A DNA stretch of 64,000 nucleotides, taken from positions 19,987 to 83,986 of the IMG/VR virus record IMGVR_UViG_3300030100_000755; one strand, 5' to 3'. Of the stretch, positions 28,759 to 38,961 are shown piece after piece. Under the pieces are notes generated by a model. That model was not told where the DNA came from. It made no database searches and was given only the letters and a program-made list of their open reading frames with translations. Both the position numbers and the translations under genes were made by a program. Within the stretch, counting starts at the first letter, position 1. Every line of letters starts with the position of its first letter. The stretch is from a virus. Taxonomy: Duplodnaviria; Caudoviricetes.

Positions 28759-30951
28759 TTAAAGTGTTATTCTATTTGATTCGGGTGAAAGTGTTATTCT
28801 ATTTGATTCGGGTGAAAGTGTTATTCTTGCATCTCTTCCTGCTATTATGACAATACCAGACTGCCCTAGTAACCCACTAAAGCTTAATCTGTTTAATTCT
28901 ACATTAGCCATTATACTAGGCTGTGGCAACGTTATAGTGGCATCAGAACTAAATAACGGCTTAGATAAATTAAAACTAACGTCTATGTTGAATATAGGTC
29001 TAGTTGCTGAAACAATACATTCTGTTATTAAGTTATTTAAACTAAAAGATGATTCAATTTCAGGTTGTGGTAGTGTAGCGGTAATATTTGAAGTAAATAT
29101 AAATTTATCTAAATTAAAATTACCATTTATATTAAATGTGGGTTTACTTATTAAAATATCACCAGACACATTTAAGTTGTTTAAATTAAAACCACTTGTT
29201 ATTTTTGGTTGTGGTAATGTATTATATAAATTACCAGTGGTTATTTTTTTGTTTAAATTAAATGATCCGTTTATTGAATAATTTGGTAATTCATTATCAA
29301 CATTACCAATAACATCGTATTTGTTTAAATTAAATAATGCTGTAATATTTGGTTGTGGTAAATTGTTATCTATATTACCAATGATATTATATTGGTTTAA
29401 ATTGAAATTAGAATTAATAACAGGGTTTGGTAAGCTATTATTAATATCACCGATTATTTGGTTTTTATTAAGCGTGAAATTAGCGTCAGCAATTGGTGCA
29501 GCGGATGCGTATTGTATCCACTGGCTATCGTCAGTTGGGAAGTTTACGAGTGTTCCGTCGTTGCTACCAACTGTATCAGGTAGAATCTGCCCTGTTCCGC
29601 TTGATGCAGATGGGTCGTAATTATTAACAGCAACGCCAGATTCTTTTATAGTTGCGCCGTAAAAATCTATTTTTGAGTTAAAGCCGTCGGGACTTCCTCC
29701 AAAGATAGCCCTGTTGAGATTTGATAAAAAACCGGCCTGTGTGGGGGTGACAGAATAAACCAAGACACCGTTTACGCTCAAAGATGCATCTTCACCTGTT
29801 ACGGCAAGTTTTAATTTGTACCTCTCACCAAAAAACACCGTTCCTGCTTGACCTGGAGTGACACCATGCGAGTATATCTTCCATTGACCATCCCTAACAC
29901 CCACCCCTATGTATTCATTGTTTTGATTGGAGATTGAAAAAAACCTAGAGTCCAACCCCGTTCCACTATTAATCAAGATATCTATTTCGACACTAAAAGG
30001 CTGTGTCAATGTTGATATCGACGCCTCAACGTAATCATCAACCCCATCGAACTGTAAATAATACAAATTCCCACTAGGCGCACTCGCACTAGCCGATGCA
30101 TTAAACACTGGCGCGTTAAGGGTAAATGCTACATCTGCTATCGGTTGCGGTAAAGACGCGTTAGCGCTTGCACTGAATGAAGGCGAAGCGATGGAGAAAG
30201 CGCCATTGGCGATTGGTTGTGGTAATGTGTTTAATAAATTACTAGTTACTAATATTTTATTAAGATTAAACCCACCAATTAATTCTGGTTGTGGAACTGT
30301 CACCGAAACATTAGAACTAACTGATAAATTATTTAGACTAAATGTGGAGTCTAATATTACGCTATCTCTCGGTTCACTATAAAACACCCATTGGCTGTTA
30401 TCAGTTGGGAAGTTAACGAGCGTGCCATCATTACCGCCTGCTGTATCGGGGAATACTGTGTCGTTTGAGCCGTTAAGGGATTGTTTGTTGTATTTATTCT
30501 GCACCGCCCCAGAATAAAAAAACTCAACTCTTTTTATATCTACCGACCCTGTTATAGAGTCTGGTCTTATTGCGTCAAAACTTGCTCTGTAACCAGTTAC
30601 ATTTGTTATTCTATCTGTCTCTAACCCATCAACTTCTAACCACAAATCAATACCATCGTAAACAATCTCGTAAACATGAAAATCTGTGTAATCTACTCCA
30701 TGCGTGAGATTTAGAGTACCTTGACCAGAACCAATGAGAGTGGTGTATAAAACTGAATCTGTCAGCGTTGTCCAGTTAGCCTCAACAGTTACCTGTTCCC
30801 TGATTAGCTTTATTTCGTTCGAGCCTGTACTTGTATAGCGACACTCGAAAAGCAGCCTGAAAGGTTGCCCCGTTGAAAGGTCAGGGGTTGGGCTGCCAAG
30901 CAATATTTCTTGGTCTGTACCTCCATTGCCAACTGATAAATAATACGCCAT
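28759..30951 (-). CDS. Fibre/adhesin-like protein with two LamG (ConA-like) domains and 24-aa LPQP repeats
   Basis: YLQFDGVDDYV motif; duplicated PDT.G.NDGTLVNFPTD.SQW; repeated LPQP.I...F.LN units. Confidence 0.7.
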   Translation of the reverse strand: MAYYLSVGNGGTDQEILLGSPTPDLSTGQPFRLLFECRYTSTGSNEIKLIREQVTVEANWTTLTDSVLYTTLIGSGQGTLNLTHGVDYTDFHVYEIVYDGIDLWLEVDGLETDRITNVTGYRASFDAIRPDSITGSVDIKRVEFFYSGAVQNKYNKQSLNGSNDTVFPDTAGGNDGTLVNFPTDNSQWVFYSEPRDSVILDSTFSLNNLSVSSNVSVTVPQPELIGGFNLNKILVTSNLLNTLPQPIANGAFSIASPSFSASANASLPQPIADVAFTLNAPVFNASASASAPSGNLYYLQFDGVDDYVEASISTLTQPFSVEIDILINSGTGLDSRFFSISNQNNEYIGVGVRDGQWKIYSHGVTPGQAGTVFFGERYKLKLAVTGEDASLSVNGVLVYSVTPTQAGFLSNLNRAIFGGSPDGFNSKIDFYGATIKESGVAVNNYDPSASSGTGQILPDTVGSNDGTLVNFPTDDSQWIQYASAAPIADANFTLNKNQIIGDINNSLPNPVINSNFNLNQYNIIGNIDNNLPQPNITALFNLNKYDVIGNVDNELPNYSINGSFNLNKKITTGNLYNTLPQPKITSGFNLNNLNVSGDILISKPTFNINGNFNLDKFIFTSNITATLPQPEIESSFSLNNLITECIVSATRPIFNIDVSFNLSKPLFSSDATITLPQPSIMANVELNRLSFSGLLGQSGIVIIAGRDARITLSPESNRITLSPESNRITL
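28761..28827. repeat. 27-bp tandem repeat (about 2.5 copies) at the 3' end of the LamG gene
   Basis: aaagtgttattctatttgattcgggtg at 28761 and 28788, partial copy at 28815. Confidence 0.9.
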
Positions 30952-31550
30952 TACGCAATGGCTCCGTAAAAGTTATCAACTAACAACTCACTATACTGCC
31001 TTGGTACTTGCGCCAGATAATCACCAGATTTGCTCACTACACCAAACGTAGTTACATGAGTCTTAACGTCTTGTACCATTGCATAGGCTTGTGGTCTGTG
31101 CGCTTCTACGTCTTGCGTGAGTATGATTTTTAGATAGCCGTTAACAGGTGTAACAGTTTTGACAGGGCAGCTACCTTTAGCCTTTGCGAAGTCGTGAGCG
31201 GTTGCGTTAGCGTATGGATAGTAAACCTCGTTAGCTGCTGCGATAGCCTTATCTAGTACACCCTGTAAAGCAGGGTCGTTACCTTCTGCCGCTATTAGCG
31301 ATTGCATTAATTGAATGATATTCTGACCAGTTTCACTAGATTGAATCAGGTTATATTCATCTGAATCGAGGAATGCCGCAGCACCATCACCTAATGGATG
31401 AGAAGAATCCGATGCAATCTCTTTGAGTCGTCTATACTTACCAGCGGCAGCTAACCAAGCGTTCATGCTATTGCGATGAATCATTTTACCTTGCACTTCT
31501 ACATGATCACGAGCAGATTGTAATGTTTCAAATTCATGTAACTGTTTCAT
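30951..31550 (-). CDS. Hypothetical protein
   Basis: Open frame; likely start MKQLHEF at 31550. Confidence 0.6.
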   Translation of the reverse strand: MKQLHEFETLQSARDHVEVQGKMIHRNSMNAWLAAAGKYRRLKEIASDSSHPLGDGAAAFLDSDEYNLIQSSETGQNIIQLMQSLIAAEGNDPALQGVLDKAIAAANEVYYPYANATAHDFAKAKGSCPVKTVTPVNGYLKIILTQDVEAHRPQAYAMVQDVKTHVTTFGVVSKSGDYLAQVPRQYSELLVDNFYGAIA

Positions 31551-31551
31551 T

Positions 31552-31941
31552 TCAAAAATGCTCCTCGTCATGTTCAATAGCACTAACACAATGATTTTCT
31601 AAACCTGTTGCTAGTTCCCAAAAGAAGTCAATAACTGATGCCATTGCTATTGCTGTTTTACTACCGTTTAATTTAAGATAACCAACTTTACTACTGACTG
31701 TAACATCACAATTACCACCTAAGATTACATTCACGCCCTGATCAGTCCATAACCAGAAGTGCAACCCCCATCGACTCATAGTATCATTGGGTGCGAATCT
31801 AAGAATAGTAGCCAGCACGTACAAGTGCCAACCCCATAGTGTAAAATCAGTAAAAGGAATATCTGCATGAAGAAAGGCGCTACCACCCCATATTAATAAT
31901 ATTAAAAGTAATAACAACTTAGCTTTAATGTTACTCATCAT
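31552..31941 (-). CDS. Hypothetical membrane protein
   Basis: Likely start at 31941, just after the phoH stop; hydrophobic N-terminus. Confidence 0.55.
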   Translation of the reverse strand: MMSNIKAKLLLLLILLIWGGSAFLHADIPFTDFTLWGWHLYVLATILRFAPNDTMSRWGLHFWLWTDQGVNVILGGNCDVTVSSKVGYLKLNGSKTAIAMASVIDFFWELATGLENHCVSAIEHDEEHF

Positions 31942-32683
31942 TGTCGTATAAATCCGTAATAAATTTAGATAAATCACTACGCATGTTATGACTAGAATCC
32001 ATTTTAACATAACCAACAAAATCACTGTTGCTAAATCTTGCGCCATAGTTATCGTAGGTGACTTTTTCGATTAAATCAGCTAATCCATCATCACGTTTCT
32101 TAGCTGAATAACGTTGCTTACTATCACCCACTACTACGACTTTAGTGCCTTTACCAGCACGTTCCATACATAGCTTTAAGATATTAGGTGACATGGTTTG
32201 TGCTTCTTCAATCAGCACTAGAGAATCGTCAATTGTAGCACCAAGAAGATAGTTTGGAATATCCAACACAATGTTTCCATTAGACAAGTCATTTTCGAGT
32301 TTGTTGTTGGACATGAATTGTTGGAATAACTTTTTCATACTCTGCATGTGAGCAGTAAGTTTGTCTGATTTAGAGCCTGATAGATAACCTATTTGATCAT
32401 CAGCGGATTCGGAGGGGTTTTTAATGAGGACTATTTTACGGAATGTACCTCTGCGGTATTCTTGAATAGCTTTGTAAATTACTGTTGAACTTTTCCCGGT
32501 CCCTGATGGCGCATCAACAATAGTGAGGTCATGTCTATCTATGGAGTCAATTATATCACACTGTCTCCCATTGGGTTTATACCAATCTAAATTCCATCCT
32601 GTATCATGCTTACTTGTTCTAACTAAGTTTAATTCGGCCTTACGACTTTGTGTGTTTTTACGTTTAGCACCAGATCTCGACAT
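31931..32683 (-). CDS. phoH: PhoH-like ATPase
   Basis: APSGTGKS, LGATIDDSLVLIEEAQ, VVGDSKQ. Confidence 0.9.
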   Translation of the reverse strand: MSRSGAKRKNTQSRKAELNLVRTSKHDTGWNLDWYKPNGRQCDIIDSIDRHDLTIVDAPSGTGKSSTVIYKAIQEYRRGTFRKIVLIKNPSESADDQIGYLSGSKSDKLTAHMQSMKKLFQQFMSNNKLENDLSNGNIVLDIPNYLLGATIDDSLVLIEEAQTMSPNILKLCMERAGKGTKVVVVGDSKQRYSAKKRDDGLADLIEKVTYDNYGARFSNSDFVGYVKMDSSHNMRSDLSKFITDLYDNDE

Positions 32684-32704
32684 TAATAATATCCTTGGGG
32701 TTGG

Positions 32705-32974
32705 TTAAGTGTTGACTTTGTTAGGTTTTATACGTTTAAATTTTATCTGATTCGCTCCTATGCTTTTTAATGCTTCTTTTATTGAGGTCATAACTTCATG
32801 TGGGTTATATTGGTTGCTATGACTAGAACCTAATGATATGTAAGCAACGCCATCAACAATGGTGGCAGTGCAAGTAAAATCTCTTGGTTCTGGTTGACCC
32901 GGTGTTCTTATGTTTACAACAACAGGTTCTATCTCTACATGCCTACCACTTTTTTCTGAATAATAATGTATCAA
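32705..32974 (-). CDS. Hypothetical protein
   Basis: ORF track entry; fits the operon spacing. Confidence 0.55.
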   Translation of the reverse strand: MIHYYSEKSGRHVEIEPVVVNIRTPGQPEPRDFTCTATIVDGVAYISLGSSHSNQYNPHEVMTSIKEALKSIGANQIKFKRIKPNKVNT

Positions 32975-32977
32975 CGG

Positions 32978-33544
32978 TCAGTCCTCTGTTGGAGGTACTA
33001 CTTCATCCTCGAATAAATAATCTAACAACTCTGCTTTAGTTAATTTCTGTAATTCCTCTCTTGTTGGTTCAGAATCAGCTTCCTGCATAGTCATAGAAAC
33101 AATATCACCACCAGAGTAAACATCAAACTTAATAGCTATTTCCACGGCTTCTTCTGCACTCTTACCGCAAGCCATAGCAGCAACAGCGTATTTATCGCCA
33201 CTACCAATCGCCACAGGAGGTTTTGCAACAGTATATAGCCTACTACCCTCATATTCTAATACTTCGCCTTTAGGAGTGATTACGAGCGCATTAAAGCCCT
33301 CCATTTCTTCTATGAAAGCACCTTCAATAGGGATAAATGTTGAACGCTGTAATTCTTCACGTTCTAATGCGTCTTCTAATGCAGATATGAAAACCATTGC
33401 TTCTGAGTATCGACCAGCAATACCGACAATGTGATTTTTAACATTGAATATTTTAGTGAGGGGTTCTTGTACTCGTCTATCGCCAATTGTTCCTTGGCTA
33501 TCAGATGCCATAACGAGGTTAGAGTCTACTGCGATTGTAGTCAT
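32978..33544 (-). CDS. HslV/proteasome-beta-like Ntn hydrolase (copy 1)
   Basis: Start MTTIAV at 33544 with AAGGAG SD; Thr1, ASD, TKI, GIAG, IGSG, DVYSGG. Confidence 0.75.
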   Translation of the reverse strand: MTTIAVDSNLVMASDSQGTIGDRRVQEPLTKIFNVKNHIVGIAGRYSEAMVFISALEDALEREELQRSTFIPIEGAFIEEMEGFNALVITPKGEVLEYEGSRLYTVAKPPVAIGSGDKYAVAAMACGKSAEEAVEIAIKFDVYSGGDIVSMTMQEADSEPTREELQKLTKAELLDYLFEDEVVPPTED

Positions 33545-34292
33545 AAGGGTGAGATCTCCTTCATTCCAATGTTTAGACTTTGACACGCTACTTTTTGTTT
33601 AGTGATGTGGAACTTGTGTTATATTTTAATGTCTATTGTTGTTGAGATTGATTTAACAAGGCTTCGTTTTATAACTCACTTACGAAGAAGGTGTTCACTA
33701 GGCTAAGACTTACGCTGACTCCAAAGCAAAATACAAAAAGAGTATAACTGGAACATAATCAATCTACATTAATGTTCGCTCTTTGACCAGAGTTGCCTAT
33801 CAAGACGTTTTACAATTTATTTAAGCAAGATTGGCAATAAACAGTATAGTTAAGGTGGAAAGCAAGCTACGAGCAATAGTAAGTCATTAGAAATAATGCA
33901 AGAGAAGATTAAGGATAATCTGAGTAGCCTATATCCAGTGTTTCATCAGCACTACATGACACTTGACCTAATAAGTCTCAATGAATGATAAGAAGTGGTG
34001 TGTTAAATAGATAACTGATAAAGAACATTAATGAAATGAAGTAAGAGATAATGACATAATTAATTTTTGTTATTATAGGGAATAAAGATTAGGTGTTTAC
34101 TTTCTTTTCTCTCTCACTCTACTCTTACTTAATTGTCTTGGTATATGATTAGGTTAGATATTATATGGCGTATGTTCAAGTGTAATATCCACCTATGGGT
34201 CTAATGACCACTATTGCCTAAAATAAATTTGAACTATTCTTATAAGACATAGTCCTAAGTATAGTATCATTAAGAACAGGAAATTATATGTA

Positions 34293-34970
34293 ATGAGTTA
34301 TAGCGAAATGACAGCTAATGAGTTATGTCAAAAGTATAAAGAGGGAGATGAACAAGCATTTAACGCTTTATACGAAAGGTATAACCCTATTGTACTAGCA
34401 AGACTAAATAAGTTAGTTAAACACGAGAAAGATTTAATACCAGAAATAAGTCAAGAAATATGGTTAACAGCATCAAGATACATACGTAAGACATTTGAGT
34501 TTAAAGCATCATTCGCAACGTATCTTTATCTCATAGTAAAAACGCGGTACATAAATTATTTCAGATACCACAAACCTAACACCACAACAGAAGAAGAACA
34601 TTCAGAGTATTATAAATTATTTTATGGTGGTGGTGGTGATATAGACTTTAGTCTAAACACTTATGTTGCACAAAGGCTATCATCAGAGAACCATGAAATG
34701 TTTAATGACTTTGACCACATTAACATGGAAGAAGTAGCATGTATGTATGATGAGGTGGTTGCTGAGGTTATTGCTGGATTAGATGAACGTGAAAAACTAA
34801 TTTACCAATTCAATGAAGATAAAGATTACTCCCTAGCAGATGCAGCAAAAGAATTAGGACTTAGTTATTTTACTGTTAAATCCATATCATCTAAGTCAGG
34901 GCAAAAGATTAATAAGTTAATACAGGAGAAATTCAATGAGCAATTCAGAAATAATTATCAGAATTACTAG
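34293..34970 (+). CDS. Phage RNA polymerase sigma factor (ECF-like, regions 2 and 4 only)
   Basis: GDEQAFNALYERY, EISQEIW, SFATYLYLI (region 2); YSLADAAKELGLS (region 4 HTH). Confidence 0.85.
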   Translation: MSYSEMTANELCQKYKEGDEQAFNALYERYNPIVLARLNKLVKHEKDLIPEISQEIWLTASRYIRKTFEFKASFATYLYLIVKTRYINYFRYHKPNTTTEEEHSEYYKLFYGGGGDIDFSLNTYVAQRLSSENHEMFNDFDHINMEEVACMYDEVVAEVIAGLDEREKLIYQFNEDKDYSLADAAKELGLSYFTVKSISSKSGQKINKLIQEKFNEQFRNNYQNY

Positions 34971-35139
34971 AGATTCAGAAGAACAAGTAAAAACAACTAT
35001 CGAGAACAATGCTGGTGAAGATAAGGTGCTACACATCATGTCTGGTGCTATCAAACTATTTCTTAACGATGATGAAGCCATGATGATGTATGCTCAATTG
35101 GTTCGTAGTTATCTTGAGTCACAGGGTAAGGGTGAATAG
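34936..35139 (+). CDS. Hypothetical protein
   Basis: Coupled ORF after the sigma gene. Confidence 0.6.
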   Translation: MSNSEIIIRITRDSEEQVKTTIENNAGEDKVLHIMSGAIKLFLNDDEAMMMYAQLVRSYLESQGKGE

Positions 35140-35141
35140 TA

Positions 35142-35468
35142 ATGCAAATTAACGAACATACGCTATGTGATAGCCTTAAACTAGCATGGTCTGACTGTTA
35201 CCATTACTTAATACCAAAAGACGCTGCAAACGCCAATGAGGAGCTAGAAGTATATAAGGCATGGATTGAATGGTTTGATGCTGGAACGATTGACCAAAAC
35301 CCCATGTTTAATATTTGTCTTGGTTACACATTGGGTGATGGTGTTATTGATATGGACATAACAGAACTAGGAATGAATGAGGTGAGAGACATTTACCTAA
35401 AACAAGGGCGTAAAGCATTGGAATCATTAATTGCTGAATTAGAGACACAAGGAGAGGAAGATGAGTGA
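35142..35468 (+). CDS. Hypothetical protein
   Basis: ORF track entry; tight spacing. Confidence 0.6.
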   Translation: MQINEHTLCDSLKLAWSDCYHYLIPKDAANANEELEVYKAWIEWFDAGTIDQNPMFNICLGYTLGDGVIDMDITELGMNEVRDIYLKQGRKALESLIAELETQGEEDE

Positions 35469-35643
35469 TATTAAGATGAGTAAGGGTGACGAGGTTAAAG
35501 CTATTGTTTCTGTGGTAATGATTATTCTGTATATTATTACTGTATCTATTGGATCATTAGGTTGGTTCGCATTACTTAGCCTACCTTGTGTTGCGTATTT
35601 ATGGTATAACTTAATTGCTATTGCTGATAGGAGTGGAGTATGA
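35461..35643 (+). CDS. Small membrane protein
   Basis: Two hydrophobic segments. Confidence 0.55.
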   Translation: MSDIKMSKGDEVKAIVSVVMIILYIITVSIGSLGWFALLSLPCVAYLWYNLIAIADRSGV

Positions 35644-35864
35644 GTAGATCATCACTAGTAATTAAATCAGACGATGGTGAACATATCAGTGGTTTCGATT
35701 TCACATGGGATGAAATTAATACATTAAGTGCTGCTAATATGCTTCTACTTAGCATTCAGGAATTTCTACAAAGTCCTGATTTAGTTAAGAAGATGAGTGA
35801 AAGAGTTAATGCTAAGATTGAATTTAACATGAATAATGGTAATGATGGTAGTGGTTTTCATTAA
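35640..35864 (+). CDS. Hypothetical protein
   Basis: ATGA-coupled ORF. Confidence 0.55.
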   Translation: MSRSSLVIKSDDGEHISGFDFTWDEINTLSAANMLLLSIQEFLQSPDLVKKMSERVNAKIEFNMNNGNDGSGFH

Positions 35865-35889
35865 GGTGTGAGATCATGTCGTGAGTATT

Positions 35890-35916
35890 GGGCAGCTTTT
35901 TAGTTGCCCTTTTTTA
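35890..35916 (+). terminator. Intrinsic terminator
   Basis: GGGCAGC-TTTTTA-GTTGCCC followed by T7. Confidence 0.75.
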
Positions 35917-35934
35917 TTTCTGTGATATAGTGAT

Positions 35935-36651
35935 ATGGATTTTGTTAATTATTATAGGAGTAATGTTGATATGAAAAATGTTAAAGTACCTGATGATATG
36001 CAGGTTGGTACTGTGTATACAAGTGTAAATTGTGGTGATTTTGAAATACTTGAGTATGTTAACTCGGGTGATGTTAAAATTAAGTTTTTGAATACTGGTT
36101 ATGAGAGAAGTGCTACGGCAATAAATGTTCGCAATAAGACAGTTAGAGATCCATACCACCCTAGTTTTTATGGTAAAGGTTATACTGGGGTTGGTGAACA
36201 CTCTACTTCCGTAAACAATAAACACACTAAAATATATAGTCGGTGGAAAGGCATGCTTGAGAGATGTTATAGTCAAGCGCCAAAACGTAGAGAAATATTT
36301 AAAATGTATGATGATTGTGAGGTTTGTGACTACTTCTTAAATTTCCAAAACTTTGCGTCTTGGTGGATTGAAAATTACCCCAAAGATGGTAAGGAGTATC
36401 AACTTGATAAAGACAAGTTGGGTGATGGTAATAATAAAATATATTCACCAGAGACTTGCTGCTTTTTAACTGGTCAAGAAAATACTGAAATTGCAGTATC
36501 TAAACCTTATAGGTTCATATCACCAGATGGTGTTTTGCATGAAGGTGTAAATATGCATAAATTTGCTAAGGAACACAGGCTAGATTCTTCTAGCTTAGTT
36601 AAATTAAACAAAGGTAAATTAAAGAAACACAAAGGTTGGACGAAAGCCTAA
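35935..36651 (+). mobile_element. Free-standing HNH-type homing endonuclease gene
   Basis: WKGMLERCY, FLNFQNFASW, QLDKD...KIYSPETCCF; C-terminal NUMOD-like DNA-binding segment. Confidence 0.8.
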
Positions 36652-36714
36652 CTTAACGAGTTTCTTTTTAATGTGTCTAAACACCTCATTAGATTAACTT
36701 TAAGAGGTGTTTAG

Positions 36715-38961
36715 ATGCAAAAGCTTAGTGACCTGACCCCTGAGCAGAGACTAGAGATGGGCGACAAACTTCGCGCTATGAATAATGAGGATAAGAAGGC
36801 TTTCATAGATGGTCTTAGTAAAGAACAGCGTGAGGAGCTTTTATACGACCCAATTATATTTTTAAGACAAGAGCAGTTTGTACCAACAGACACCGACAAC
36901 AACATCGCGTTGTTACTATGTGGACGAGCGTGGGGAAAAAGTTTGACTAACACCACACCGATGTTAACAGCCAATAAAGGTTGGATCACTATGGGTGAAC
37001 TAGAAGTTGGTGATTACGTATATGACGAAAAAGGTCTACCTGTAAAAATTCTAGGCGTTTATCCACAACCACCTAAAGAGAAAATCTATAAGTTCACATT
37101 CAATGACAAAACTACTATTACCTCATGTTCTGAACACGATTGGATGACGCTAAACACAGACGAGAAACGTGTATTCTATGATAACCACTATGACGGGTCT
37201 CGTGATTATCGTTACGATGTTAATTGGGCAACAACAGGCGTGGCTACTAAGCGTACAACACAAGAGATTGTAGACACATTCGATGATAATCACGCCATAC
37301 CTAGTGCATTCCCATTACAATTTGACAATGATCAACACCACGACATTACACCGTATGAATTTGGCAACACATTTAGTGGTGGTGTAATCCCTGACGAATA
37401 TATTTATTGCTCAATAGAACAGCGTCAAGATTTTGTGCGTGGGTTTATGGACAAATATGGTGTTGTTCAAAATCACAACAATCCTAAATTTATTACCGAG
37501 GACAAAGACCTACAACATAGTTTTGCATTCTTACTTAGGACATTAGGTGAACAACCACATTGTAAAATTAAGATAGATAAAGAGGGCAATGAATTATACA
37601 CAGTTAGATGGAGACCATGTAAATTTATCCCATTTACACTAAAGTATAAGGCTAAACGCACGTTCGTTGACAAGAAACTACCCTTTAGTAATCAGGGTAG
37701 ATTAATTATGTCCTATGAAGAAGTACCTTATGAGCCGACAACGTGTATTGAGGTAGATAATGATAGTCATCTATTCCTTGCTGGTGAAGGTCTAATACCT
37801 ACGCACAATACACATACAATATCACGAATGTTAAAGTGGTATATTGAGGAACAAGGTGTTAAGGATTTCACTATTGCTGCACCATCTAATAATGACCTAG
37901 TTCAAACTATCATTAATGGTGAGAGTGGCATTATACGTTCTTATGCTGATGGTGATCCTCGTACACCGACCTATATGCCTCATTATGGCGTTCTTAAATA
38001 TCCTAATGGTGCAGTGGGTAGGTTAGTATCAAGTGAGTCACCAGAACGTGCTAGGGGTGGTAACAACGAATTAATCATTGCCGATGAATTAGGTTCATTT
38101 ACAGGGGATGCGTTAGACTTCTGGCAACAATTGGAATATTCATTGCGTAAGGGTGTATCTCAAGCAATTATCTGTACTACACCTCGTGCTACACCATTAA
38201 TGATTGACTTGGTTAAACGCGCTAAAGATCCTAATGATAACGTTAGACTGATCACTGGTTCTACACTAGCTAATGCCGATAACCTTACACCACAGATGAT
38301 TGCTCGTGCTAAGAAAACAATGAATACTCGTGTTGGTCGTCAGGAAGTATTGGGTGAATTAATCCTTACTAATGATAAGGCATTATTTACACCAGACCTA
38401 ATTGAAAAGACCACTGTTGAAATGGTGGGTGAGTTTCATCGTAGTAAATGGGTTAAGTTTGCTATTGGACTAGATCCAAACTCAGGTACTGGTCGTAAAG
38501 ATGCTGATGAATTTGGTATTGTCGTTGCGATATTAACAGAGAGTAATAAAGCGGTTATTGTTGAGAATAAAACAGGGCATCATACTGGTGATGAAGCTAT
38601 GCGTATTGTTGGTGCGTTGTTTGACAAGTACAGTAAAATATGCAGTGGTAAAGTTAGAGTAGAGAAGAATGGTGCTGGTGCTTATGTAAAGTCTATGCTT
38701 AAACGCGATTTCCCATTCATGCCAACAGAAGAGTTCCCGTCTACATCTAAGAAATATTCTCGTATAATGGCTATGGCACATTTATATGAAACAGATATTG
38801 CATATTTCGATAAAGATGCTATGCTTACTGGACTAACTGATGAAGCAATCACTTGGGACGGTAGTGGTAAATCACCTAACCATTTGGATGCTGCTTGCTT
38901 TGCACTAGACGGGTTAGTTAAGACAGGTAATTATGTTAAGAAAACTAAGTTTATTATTTGA
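36715..38961 (+). CDS. terL: Terminase large subunit, intein-containing
   Basis: Walker A GRAWGK|T interrupted; ADELG Walker B; IGLDP...D and SPNHLDA nuclease motifs. Confidence 0.92.
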   Translation: MQKLSDLTPEQRLEMGDKLRAMNNEDKKAFIDGLSKEQREELLYDPIIFLRQEQFVPTDTDNNIALLLCGRAWGKSLTNTTPMLTANKGWITMGELEVGDYVYDEKGLPVKILGVYPQPPKEKIYKFTFNDKTTITSCSEHDWMTLNTDEKRVFYDNHYDGSRDYRYDVNWATTGVATKRTTQEIVDTFDDNHAIPSAFPLQFDNDQHHDITPYEFGNTFSGGVIPDEYIYCSIEQRQDFVRGFMDKYGVVQNHNNPKFITEDKDLQHSFAFLLRTLGEQPHCKIKIDKEGNELYTVRWRPCKFIPFTLKYKAKRTFVDKKLPFSNQGRLIMSYEEVPYEPTTCIEVDNDSHLFLAGEGLIPTHNTHTISRMLKWYIEEQGVKDFTIAAPSNNDLVQTIINGESGIIRSYADGDPRTPTYMPHYGVLKYPNGAVGRLVSSESPERARGGNNELIIADELGSFTGDALDFWQQLEYSLRKGVSQAIICTTPRATPLMIDLVKRAKDPNDNVRLITGSTLANADNLTPQMIARAKKTMNTRVGRQEVLGELILTNDKALFTPDLIEKTTVEMVGEFHRSKWVKFAIGLDPNSGTGRKDADEFGIVVAILTESNKAVIVENKTGHHTGDEAMRIVGALFDKYSKICSGKVRVEKNGAGAYVKSMLKRDFPFMPTEEFPSTSKKYSRIMAMAHLYETDIAYFDKDAMLTGLTDEAITWDGSGKSPNHLDAACFALDGLVKTGNYVKKTKFII
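36940..37809 (+). mobile_element. Intein (290 aa) in the TerL P-loop, degenerate LAGLIDADG core
   Basis: Begins SLTNTTP after GK; block B CSEHDW; ends IPTHN followed by T(+1); one LAGLIDADG-like remnant FVRGFMDKYG. Confidence 0.9.

Noticed and set aside
1552-30382. Antisense or alternate-frame ORFs in the track (for example 15-287, 1552-1767, 2583-2795, 2975-3223, 3706-4372, 5576-6037, 7375-7670, 8478-8772, 10053-13487 on +, 16734-19525 on +, 21961-22194, 24235-24462, 25106-27238, 28454-30382 on +)
   Set aside because: They are shadows of well-supported longer genes, lack SD sites, and show typical antisense composition.
34244-34255. AAGACATAGTCC resembling a group I intron S element
   Set aside because: No upstream R element (GACTA) or interrupted gene; the site is better explained as part of the GAACTA...GTCCTA promoter.
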